IMG/VR virus record: IMGVR_UViG_3300020419_001132
Strand: one strand, 5' to 3'
DNA from: a virus
Lineage: Duplodnaviria > Caudoviricetes
Length of the DNA stretch: 64,000 nucleotides
In this document: piece by piece, positions 47,705-55,697 of the stretch
Layout: every line of letters begins with the position of its first letter
How positions within the stretch are numbered: position 1 is the stretch's first letter
Program-made: the position numbers and the translations under genes
Notes under the pieces: model-generated
Seen by the model: the letters and a program-made list of their open reading frames with translations, nothing else
The model's database searches: none
What the model was told of the DNA's origin: nothing

Positions 47705-48753
47705 TATATAGCCTCATATAACTGCTTACCAGAAAAGAAATCTGTGTTAAGTTTTTTTACTTGTTTATCTAATGGTACAAGAAAGTCTTCGTAGTGTTCC
47801 ATGTATTCGGATATCTGATTAACAACTTCTGATCTATGAATTTTGTAACTTGCAAAACTTTCTGTCCATTTGCTAGGATATTTAAAATCTGGCAAAGCCA
47901 TTTCTTCGTAGCTAAGTCTGTCTGGAACCATTGGTATTGCACCAACAACTGCTCCTTCGTACCAACTAATACCTAGTGTTTCTTGTAAGTTTGCACTAAA
48001 CACCATCTTAGCTTCTCCTAGCAAGTTATGATATTGATTCTTATCAAGTTGTTTTTCTTGACAAACAACAAAATCGTATTGTGGTAACTGTGTTGCTAAA
48101 TCACTGAAGATTTCTAGTTGTTTCTCTGGAGCAATTCTATGTGGAAAAAGTATTAAATTACGTTTCTGCATTCCTTTATATGGAAGCAATTCTTCACGTA
48201 AATACTCCATAGGCCACCCGACTCGAACACTTTTTTCATCTAATTCTATTCCTTCTAACATAAGTTCATTACTAAACATATTAATATGAAACTCTGTAGC
48301 AAAGAAGTTGTGATTATAGCATTCATACATACTAGCTTCAGCTTTTCTAACCCAAGGTTTGTTACCAATTAGTCTACCTAAAAAGTCGTGCGGATCATAA
48401 CTACCAGCATGCCACATGCCACCAATGCTAATGTCAACACCCAATAATTCTGCCATATAACGCAATTGAATAACTGTAGGATTCCAGGCATCGGTGTACA
48501 AAAAATAATCATCGTCTTTAACCTTGCCATTGCAGAACATTTCTCCTATTTGTTCGAGTTGTTTACTCTTATATATGTTCGTTCCGCCAAAGTTAAGAAA
48601 CGCCCCAGGCGTTGTTGCTTGAGGAGTCTCTCCTCCACTTATAGTGACGACTTCCTCATTAGTAGACCGTTTAAGTTGCTTAGGAAGATGCTCCTTCCAC
48701 TGTTTAGTATACCTAGTGTCTACTGCTTCAATGTCTACTATATAAATGGTCAT
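47704..48753 (-). CDS. GT-B (GT4-like) glycosyltransferase
   Basis: FPHRIAPEKQ and ETLGISWYE (EX7E motif), GAIPMVPDRLSYEE. Confidence 0.75.
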   Translation of the reverse strand: MTIYIVDIEAVDTRYTKQWKEHLPKQLKRSTNEEVVTISGGETPQATTPGAFLNFGGTNIYKSKQLEQIGEMFCNGKVKDDDYFLYTDAWNPTVIQLRYMAELLGVDISIGGMWHAGSYDPHDFLGRLIGNKPWVRKAEASMYECYNHNFFATEFHINMFSNELMLEGIELDEKSVRVGWPMEYLREELLPYKGMQKRNLILFPHRIAPEKQLEIFSDLATQLPQYDFVVCQEKQLDKNQYHNLLGEAKMVFSANLQETLGISWYEGAVVGAIPMVPDRLSYEEMALPDFKYPSKWTESFASYKIHRSEVVNQISEYMEHYEDFLVPLDKQVKKLNTDFFSGKQLYEAI

Positions 48754-48935
48754 CGTCTTTTATTATTCCTCCATTTTTTTCTAGTTCTAGACCAAGCCAT
48801 ATAACTTTCCCAAGTTCTGTCGCCTTTTTTATAAAGGCTGGCTTCTTTAAAAACTTTACCTTCGAGTCTACAGTAATCTCGGAATGTGTCGAGATCGTCA
48901 AAAATTTTCCTAATAAGGGGATTCTTAATTGCCAT
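48750..48935 (-). CDS. Small hypothetical protein
   Basis: MAIKNPLIRKIF..., SD AAGGA before ATG 48935. Confidence 0.6.
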   Translation of the reverse strand: MAIKNPLIRKIFDDLDTFRDYCRLEGKVFKEASLYKKGDRTWESYMAWSRTRKKWRNNKRR

Positions 48936-48951
48936 GATAGTTCCTTGTATA

Positions 48952-49440
48952 TCATTGTGTGGGGTAATAAATCGAACAGCCGTTTTCACCGTCTTCAGCA
49001 ACGTCAATCTCTACAAATCGGCCTGGGTATTTTGCAGAAATCTCTTGATATAAGTCATCAGCAATCATTTCGCATGACTTATGATTTAATTCTATTACAT
49101 CTTCATTGTATAGTTTTTCCATCCATCGTTTAAACTGAATAAATTCAATATCACGATCATCATGGAATACTTCTATTCGCACTTTGAAGTGGAATATATG
49201 TCGATGTGCAACGCCTAAGAAGCTCACGTCGTCCCAGTCTCCTGTTGCAAGTTTTGGATCATCTTTAGCCGCTGGATACAAATGTATTCCTTCTTTTCTA
49301 AATGTTACCCAAATACTTCGCTTTGCATTTTTCACTGCATCTTCCATACCTTTTACCTTCTCCATAAGTTCTTCAAACCGAGCTTCTCTCTTATTGACTA
49401 AGTTTATTATATTATCTTTAGATGATTTTGTCAAGTCCAT
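48952..49440 (-). CDS. QueD-like T-fold protein (LxxxHRHxF variant; QueD or DpdL-type)
   Basis: LGVAHRHIFHFKV..HDDRDIEF..SCEMIA..EDGENG; lacks the canonical CxxxHGH cysteine. Confidence 0.7.
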   Translation of the reverse strand: MDLTKSSKDNIINLVNKREARFEELMEKVKGMEDAVKNAKRSIWVTFRKEGIHLYPAAKDDPKLATGDWDDVSFLGVAHRHIFHFKVRIEVFHDDRDIEFIQFKRWMEKLYNEDVIELNHKSCEMIADDLYQEISAKYPGRFVEIDVAEDGENGCSIYYPTQ

Positions 49441-49933
49441 AATCTTTCCATTCTGTAAATTTATCTCTATGCATCAAATCATGTAGACTATGACACCAAA
49501 CACCAGGATTAGATGCCTTAAAGTCTTTATCGTCAATTTTTAACATAGTGTTATAGTTCCATTGTTTTATATAAGGAACAGGTACACGCAGTTGCGGAAT
49601 AAAATTATCATATTCGCAAAGTCCACCCTCTAAAAATTCTTCTGCGTATTTTATAGGAATATCTAGAGAGCATAACTTACCAGCTGACAAAAATGCTTTA
49701 ATAAGATTCTCCCATGATTCCCATTCTTTATCATTCTCTGGATGGAATGAATGATTTGCACCAAAGAATATATGTTCACATTGATTTTCATCATAATGTT
49801 TTTGTATTTCGTGAGGTTCGTGTACTCCTGTAACAAATAGTGTTTTTAATCCATATGCAGGAGTCTTTTCTACTTCATTACCTATGAACATTTTAACATC
49901 AGTTTGTGTGCCGTTTTCGTAATCTCTATTCAT
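49418..49933 (-). CDS. Hypothetical protein inside the deazaguanine locus
   Basis: 171 aa; IFFGANHSF, NPGVWCHS motifs. Confidence 0.7.
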   Translation of the reverse strand: MNRDYENGTQTDVKMFIGNEVEKTPAYGLKTLFVTGVHEPHEIQKHYDENQCEHIFFGANHSFHPENDKEWESWENLIKAFLSAGKLCSLDIPIKYAEEFLEGGLCEYDNFIPQLRVPVPYIKQWNYNTMLKIDDKDFKASNPGVWCHSLHDLMHRDKFTEWKDYGLDKII

Positions 49934-50139
49934 TTGCTTATCATCACTAAAATTGCAGTAAAGAAAAGTGCAAAGAACACAACCGTATAGTCTTTTTTTG
50001 GTTCTATTTTACAAGCCTCCTCAAACTCACTGTAATCTAAAGGCATATAATCTCTGTTCCATGCATCTCTTCTTGTATCTTTCTTACGTTGATCGACTTT
50101 GATAGATCCTGGGTCTACTTTATAATCTTCCTTTTTCAT
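49930..50139 (-). CDS. Small protein with C-terminal TM helix
   Basis: 69 aa coupled ORF. Confidence 0.6.
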   Translation of the reverse strand: MKKEDYKVDPGSIKVDQRKKDTRRDAWNRDYMPLDYSEFEEACKIEPKKDYTVVFFALFFTAILVMISK

Positions 50140-50534
50140 CTATCATTTCCTTTCATTGCAAAATACAATCCACCAACCCATAGCATAACATGAAAGTTAT
50201 CATAAAGGATAACATCCATAAAGCTCTCAGGTTGTCCTACCCAAATCACTCCAGTCATAATACATCCAATAGTAAATCCACTGAACTTAGTTATTAAATT
50301 TCCTACCCAGGGCCATAATCTTTTCCAAAGTGCAGAAATTCCTCCGATTAGCAGGCCAAACCCTGCTCCTAGTTCACCTAATATTACAAATACCCAAACT
50401 ATATAAGGCAATTCGAAACTTTGTGCATCTTCAATTGAGATAGGTAGTTTAATAAGTCCTTGTTGAATAAACACTATTGCAAGAGGTACTCTTAGCAACC
50501 AACCAGGTAAGTGTTCGTTTATTTTCTGTATCAT
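50136..50534 (-). CDS. DoxX-family membrane protein
   Basis: LLRVPLAIVFIQQGLIK..ELGAGFGLLIG. Confidence 0.7.
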   Translation of the reverse strand: MIQKINEHLPGWLLRVPLAIVFIQQGLIKLPISIEDAQSFELPYIVWVFVILGELGAGFGLLIGGISALWKRLWPWVGNLITKFSGFTIGCIMTGVIWVGQPESFMDVILYDNFHVMLWVGGLYFAMKGNDR

Positions 50535-50713
50535 TTTCTTTTTATATGATCCTTTAGTGCTAACTTTTGTTTCTTTAATTTTACTAGATGTTCTTTAGTT
50601 TCCCAACTTCTATCGTAATTTCTTTCTGCTTCTACTTGCTCTACTTTCTTATGAAAGTAATCAAACATATTTTGCATCTTTTTAGCCTTCTTGGTGGCTC
50701 TTCCAGTACTCAT
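50531..50713 (-). CDS. DUF465-like small coiled-coil protein
   Basis: HKKVEQVE..LKKQKLALKDHI. Confidence 0.55.
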   Translation of the reverse strand: MSTGRATKKAKKMQNMFDYFHKKVEQVEAERNYDRSWETKEHLVKLKKQKLALKDHIKRK

Positions 50714-52173
50714 TATATCTCCTCAAACAAATTATTGAACTGCGAACTTGCATTTACAGTTCTCTTTCCAGTAGCACCTCTTGTTCCAATAATCGACATC
50801 CAAAACTTTGAAAACTCTTCTATCACAAGATTTGCTTCATCTCTGCTACTTGTAGCAAAAATAGCTTCAACGACATCTTTGAAGTATACTCTATCAAATC
50901 GTTCGTCTACTAACATAGCAGGAATAGTATTATTGTCGTATTTTCTATTTGCTTCTTGTACTGCATTAATGTGCATCCATACATTGTGTCCCATCATTAT
51001 TGCATAAGAAAAACTATCCCAACTAGTTTTACCTTCTTTTCCTATTTTATTTAGGTCTCCTGGACCATATATACAAATGTCTTTAGCCATTAATTCTGCA
51101 GTAATAGGAGAGTCTAAGAAACTTGTATGTTTTCCTTCTCTAACAAATGCAGTACCAAACGGCGTAGTATCTGTAGATAAACTTTTGTCATCTATACTAG
51201 GAACCATTCTGTATACCCATTTAGATCTATCTTGGGTTTCTAGTTCGCAATATATTTGTCCATTCGCTGTTGCTAAAAACGGACTAGCACAGTCAAATGT
51301 TACAGTAAAGTTTTCGTTATGATACTTACGAACTGCTCTTTGTATATCAGTAAGTAGTGTAGCCCATTCTAGTTTGCTTGTGCCTAAAAAGTGCATTACA
51401 TCATGTATACCTTTTTCTAGTAATCCGTCAAATCTTAGTGCAACTAGTCGTTTCAAAACAAGATGCACATCACACATATTCTGTCCACCCATTGACCATC
51501 CATTAAAGTGATCATTAGGATATTTTTTAGGATCACAATAGTCTTTCATCTGATTATACCAGTCATCTGCATCAGCATGATTTTCGCCTTGTAAAACATT
51601 TAGGAATTTACAAGCACCAGATCTATTTTTCATCCAATAATCGTTATTGATACGTGTGGCATTTACTGCATCTTGGTAGTTGTCAATACCAGTAGCTTTT
51701 GCACCCTCGGGTGAACGTGAAACCCAAGCCGGAATATCTAATATCATTCCATAGTCCATGTAAGCATCCATCCATCGTAGAACACCATCACGTTTCTTTT
51801 GTGCTTTAGGACAATTAGGATCTTTCCAATCGCCTTCCCAAACACCTTTACCTATTTGAAATCCACCAGAGTCTCCTAATATCCAACTGTTATTTCTATC
51901 TCTGTTCCGAATCATATCTTCTTTAGGAGAATCTTTGTTAATATCTAGCTCAGCATGACCTGCAGAATACAAAGTCCATTTGTACTGAAATTGACCCTGT
52001 GTTGGATTAATGTAATTAAGACCTTCTACACCATTTTTTAAGTTACTAGGTATTCTTGACGTTTCAACATATTCATCAAAACGTTGTTTTCCAACATATG
52101 TAGCATAAAATCCGCTTAAAGCTGGAAGAAATCTAGCATAATCTTTTTGTTGTGCAGTTAAGTCTGTAATCAT
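50713..52173 (-). CDS. dpdA: DNA 7-deazaguanine transglycosylase (TGT fold)
   Basis: GDSGGFQ, MILDIP, LNVLQG, GWSMGG, HFLGTS, TFDCASP; co-located with folE/queD-like/queE. Confidence 0.75.
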   Translation of the reverse strand: MITDLTAQQKDYARFLPALSGFYATYVGKQRFDEYVETSRIPSNLKNGVEGLNYINPTQGQFQYKWTLYSAGHAELDINKDSPKEDMIRNRDRNNSWILGDSGGFQIGKGVWEGDWKDPNCPKAQKKRDGVLRWMDAYMDYGMILDIPAWVSRSPEGAKATGIDNYQDAVNATRINNDYWMKNRSGACKFLNVLQGENHADADDWYNQMKDYCDPKKYPNDHFNGWSMGGQNMCDVHLVLKRLVALRFDGLLEKGIHDVMHFLGTSKLEWATLLTDIQRAVRKYHNENFTVTFDCASPFLATANGQIYCELETQDRSKWVYRMVPSIDDKSLSTDTTPFGTAFVREGKHTSFLDSPITAELMAKDICIYGPGDLNKIGKEGKTSWDSFSYAIMMGHNVWMHINAVQEANRKYDNNTIPAMLVDERFDRVYFKDVVEAIFATSSRDEANLVIEEFSKFWMSIIGTRGATGKRTVNASSQFNNLFEEI

Positions 52174-52430
52174 GAATCAGCTCTCCACCTATACACTTCT
52201 GGGATACAAAAATTTCTGCCCCATTTACAAGTATTATCTTCTTTGCATACACGTTCGTGTTTACTGTTTTCCCAACAATCACCTGTTAGTCCTCGCATCT
52301 TTACAAGTTTCGCAAATCCATCATCTATTGATAGCATAATAATAGAAGGAAAAATTAAGCCCATGGTTACAATCCAAAAGAATGCCCAACCAAAGCCTTT
52401 ATTATGATATGGTTGATTTGGATCACTCAT
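52170..52430 (-). CDS. Small membrane protein
   Basis: N-terminal TM helix; Cys-containing C-terminus. Confidence 0.6.
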   Translation of the reverse strand: MSDPNQPYHNKGFGWAFFWIVTMGLIFPSIIMLSIDDGFAKLVKMRGLTGDCWENSKHERVCKEDNTCKWGRNFCIPEVYRWRADS

Positions 52431-53158
52431 TATTTGCTCTGAGCTGGTAGTATATAGTCGTATTTTACCATACCACTATCTACTGAAATTTGCATAGCAC
52501 CTTGATCACTCAAACTCATAGTTAAATTACCGTCTAAGTTAAGTATAGATTGAACTTGTGCGACAGGCCAACTCCAAGTATGTGCTAGTGTACCTTCTAT
52601 TCCGTGATGGAAAACAAATTCACCTGCATGTGTGCTTTGATCACCGAACGCAAAAACAAGATTACCATCTTTTGTACTAACATTAAAGTTAGGCTCTTCT
52701 GAATGTGCCGCACTCATTAGTTTCATTCTTGCAATACTTGCCACACTTGGGGCAAATGTAACTTGCCACTGGGCACCTTTAAATTTTACTGTTTTAAGTT
52801 TTTCGTCAATGATTGCTTTGTTCATAAAACGATAATCATTTTGGAAATCACCAGCCGCATTTTCAAAATGAATATGTGTAGGAACAGTTTCTCCATTTCT
52901 TTCTGCTTTTACAACTTCTATCTTTGCATCTTTTTGATATTCTGGATTCTTTAAATGCAATGCAAGTTTGTCTAAATTTGGCATACCAAAAGTATTTTGA
53001 AATTCGCCTACTGCTGACTGTGCTTCAGCAGATAGTATAACACTACGGTCTTCAGCCATAGAGTCAATCTGTGTTCCTTCTTCGTTTGTAACTTTTACCA
53101 AGCTCAAGAACCCTAAAGCATGAGTGTGTGCTACAATATCTTGTAAGATGTCTTTCAT
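52430..53158 (-). CDS. Sliding clamp (T4 gp45-like)
   Basis: 242 aa two-repeat alpha/beta pattern, near the DNA polymerase. Confidence 0.6.
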   Translation of the reverse strand: MKDILQDIVAHTHALGFLSLVKVTNEEGTQIDSMAEDRSVILSAEAQSAVGEFQNTFGMPNLDKLALHLKNPEYQKDAKIEVVKAERNGETVPTHIHFENAAGDFQNDYRFMNKAIIDEKLKTVKFKGAQWQVTFAPSVASIARMKLMSAAHSEEPNFNVSTKDGNLVFAFGDQSTHAGEFVFHHGIEGTLAHTWSWPVAQVQSILNLDGNLTMSLSDQGAMQISVDSGMVKYDYILPAQSK

Positions 53159-53178
53159 ATTATTCTCCTATTGTTATT

Positions 53179-53207
53179 ATTATAGTATCTAAGTGGTTGA
53201 AAGTCAA
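53179..53207 (-). promoter_or_regulatory. sigma70-type promoter
   Basis: TTGACT-N17-TATAAT upstream of the clamp-dpdA operon. Confidence 0.8.
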
Positions 53208-53989
53208 GTGTTTTTCCTAACTTTATTGTTATATTCTACCGCTGATCTTATGATATTTAGATCGATGCCGGCATTGTCTGCTGATTTTAGGATAGCATTT
53301 GCATCCTTTGGAAAGCAATGACCACCAAAGCCTCTTTCTTCTGTGACCTTGGTATGACTATGTCCTATTCTAGGATCTTCGCCAATTTCTTGAGCTACTT
53401 TATCGAAGTCTATATTTAATTTTTTACACATATCAAATATCTGATTAAAAAAACTTACCTTAGTAGCTAAAAATGCATTGCGAAATACCTTTGCAATTAT
53501 TAATTCTTTAGGTTCGCTTATAATAATGTTTTTGCCACAGTTATTAAAAACTTCAGTCCAATACGGAATATCATCGCCACCAAGAGATATATCTTCACAA
53601 TCTAATAAATCTTTTGTTGCAGTTTTAGATCTCAAATACTCAGGACTAAAAGTTATGTTATGTTTAGGAAATTTTTCTTTTAAATTAAACCAACCATCAA
53701 TACTAATAGTGCTTTTTATAAGTACTGGAATGTTTTCTTTTGTTTGAGATAATACTTCAAAAATGTTTGACATATTACATGCACCATCATAGTCTTCAGG
53801 AGTGCTTACACAAACTATTACACTTTCTGAATTATAATCACTAATCCTACCTAAAAAAGTTTTCTGTTTGCCTAAAATTCTATAGTATTCTGGATCAACA
53901 ATTTGTGTCATGTAATCAAAATCGTTAAGTAATTTTTCGTGAGCTTGTCCTACAGACCCATATCCAGCAATTATAATGTATCCGGTCAT
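53204..53989 (-). CDS. ugd: UDP-glucose/GDP-mannose 6-dehydrogenase family (C-terminal domain absent)
   Basis: AGYGSVG, SPEYLR, RNAFLATKVSFFN, DPRIG, GFGGHCFPKD. Confidence 0.88.
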   Translation of the reverse strand: MTGYIIIAGYGSVGQAHEKLLNDFDYMTQIVDPEYYRILGKQKTFLGRISDYNSESVIVCVSTPEDYDGACNMSNIFEVLSQTKENIPVLIKSTISIDGWFNLKEKFPKHNITFSPEYLRSKTATKDLLDCEDISLGGDDIPYWTEVFNNCGKNIIISEPKELIIAKVFRNAFLATKVSFFNQIFDMCKKLNIDFDKVAQEIGEDPRIGHSHTKVTEERGFGGHCFPKDANAILKSADNAGIDLNIIRSAVEYNNKVRKNT

Positions 53990-54156
53990 TCAGTATCCTC
54001 TATGCAGACAAAGCCTACACCTGGTTCTGCCTCTTGTTCTTCTATGATAGCATTTTTCCAGCATTCGTATGAGCCTGTATAATAATTAATTGATTCTCCG
54101 GTTACAGTTCCGTTAGCAAGAATAGTAACCATTACAAGTATGTAACCATATATCAT
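53986..54156 (-). CDS. Small hypothetical protein (56 aa, not in ORF track)
   Basis: MIYGYILVMVTILANG...GFVCIEDTE*; ATGA overlaps at both ends. Confidence 0.6.
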   Translation of the reverse strand: MIYGYILVMVTILANGTVTGESINYYTGSYECWKNAIIEEQEAEPGVGFVCIEDTE

Positions 54157-54557
54157 TCGCAAATCCTCTTTCTTAAATCAGTTGTACTAAATCTATGATC
54201 TCTTTTGTTAAAATATAATTCAATTCCTAAACGTCTACAAATATCTTTTCCAGTAAAGTCTTTATCTTTATATTCTTCACCTAATATACGTATATCTATT
54301 TGATACATTTCAAGTATGTCTTCTACATCTTTTTCTGTTGTGTAAGGAATAATTTCGTCAACATATTTTACACCTTTTAATTGGGTATAACGTTCTACAA
54401 TAGTTTGAATTGGCTTGTTCTTTTCTGGTCTGTCTATGGTAGGATCTAATTGTAGTCCTGCAACCAAATAATCGCATTTATTTTTTGACTCTCTAAGCAT
54501 TGCAATGTGGCCTGCATGTAGCAAATCAAATGCACTAAAGGTTATTCCAACTTTCAA
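54153..54557 (-). CDS. Cytidylyltransferase (glycerol-3-phosphate CTase-like)
   Basis: FDLLHAGH (HxGH), ER..QL..VKYVDEIIPY, FSTTDLR. Confidence 0.88.
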   Translation of the reverse strand: MKVGITFSAFDLLHAGHIAMLRESKNKCDYLVAGLQLDPTIDRPEKNKPIQTIVERYTQLKGVKYVDEIIPYTTEKDVEDILEMYQIDIRILGEEYKDKDFTGKDICRRLGIELYFNKRDHRFSTTDLRKRICE

Positions 54558-55279
54558 TTAGCTACTCCTGTTTTTTGTAGATTTTCTAAGATTTCTTTAG
54601 TCTCTCGCCAGTTCTTAACTTGTTTAGCAACTCCACCTCTTTCTTTGACTGCATAAGCTAAACTAAAATCGTTGCCATCAGGATCCATTCTATCTCCAAA
54701 GAAGAATAATTTTTCGTCGTCTTTAAAATGACTTACAATTTGTCTTTTATCTTTTCCTTTAGATATAATATCTATACCTGTTTCTCCGCCTACTACTGCA
54801 CTTACATCTGGAAATTTATTGTTTACTGCTTCAGCTATGTTTACACGTTCTTCACTTTGCATATCCCAATAATAGTAGTCTTTTCTTTGTACTTTATCAG
54901 CTTTTCTACCAACTACGGAAAAGTTTATCATACCTGGACGATGTTCTATGTGCTTACCTGTTTTAGTTTGGTATTCACTTCCTTGCAAATGGTTTTCTAA
55001 AAATGCCAATAGTTCAGCAGATGGTTTCCAGTTGTTTGTGTATACATTTTGTTGCTTTTCCCATATGTCATTACCATTACAGTTGTAACATTTGTTTACA
55101 CTTTTACATATTTCTATTCCTAGTTGCTCTACAGTTTTAGGATTATCACTACCTGTAACTAAAGACACAGGATTTTGTTGTGCAAAATACATAAACCATA
55201 ATGCAAATTCAGATTGTATTCTTTTACGGCTTGGAGTTAGTGTGCCGTCTACGTCAAATAAGAAATGATTCCTATTCAC
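54554..55279 (-). CDS. HAD-IIB phosphomannomutase-like enzyme
   Basis: FDVDGTLTPSR, IEHRPGMINFSVVGR, GGETGIDI, FFGDRMDPDGNDF. Confidence 0.82.
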   Translation of the reverse strand: MNRNHFLFDVDGTLTPSRKRIQSEFALWFMYFAQQNPVSLVTGSDNPKTVEQLGIEICKSVNKCYNCNGNDIWEKQQNVYTNNWKPSAELLAFLENHLQGSEYQTKTGKHIEHRPGMINFSVVGRKADKVQRKDYYYWDMQSEERVNIAEAVNNKFPDVSAVVGGETGIDIISKGKDKRQIVSHFKDDEKLFFFGDRMDPDGNDFSLAYAVKERGGVAKQVKNWRETKEILENLQKTGVAN

Positions 55280-55697
55280 TATTTTTCTCCTTTATATCTA
55301 GTTTTTCTAAACTTAATTTTTCCTTTGCACTCATTAAATAAGCGGCACCTGCAAGTACAAGAATTGCTCCTGCTTCTGCAATAAGCACCCAAGGATCAGC
55401 ATCCTTTGAATGTAATATAATTAATCTACATAATGCTGTCATAGCAATAATAATTGGTAATGTTACAGGTATTCTATTACTAATAAAGTATGCTCCTACC
55501 ATTCCAACTATTTCAGTGTAAATAAATAGCAAAAATAGATCAGCAAGTTGTATTTGTTTTGCAACCCACATATCCCATACTGAGGTTCCTGCGGCAACAA
55601 CAGTTAAACAACCTATAAATGCTAACATACCTTTTTCTGTTAAGGTAGTTGTCCAATGCAATCTTTTATTAACTTCCATATTACTCTCCAAAGTCAA
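55272..55697 (-). CDS. PsiE-like membrane protein
   Basis: LADLFLLFIYTEIVGMV..IIIAMTALCRLIIL. Confidence 0.7.
   Translation of the reverse strand: MTLESNMEVNKRLHWTTTLTEKGMLAFIGCLTVVAAGTSVWDMWVAKQIQLADLFLLFIYTEIVGMVGAYFISNRIPVTLPIIIAMTALCRLIILHSKDADPWVLIAEAGAILVLAGAAYLMSAKEKLSLEKLDIKEKNSE

Noticed and set aside
42078-55279. Eukaryotic giant-virus origin suggested by MBD4-like and PMM-like genes
   Set aside because: SD sites, sigma70 promoters, stop/start coupling, T4-like RNase H, clamp and polymerase, and dpdA all indicate a bacteriophage.
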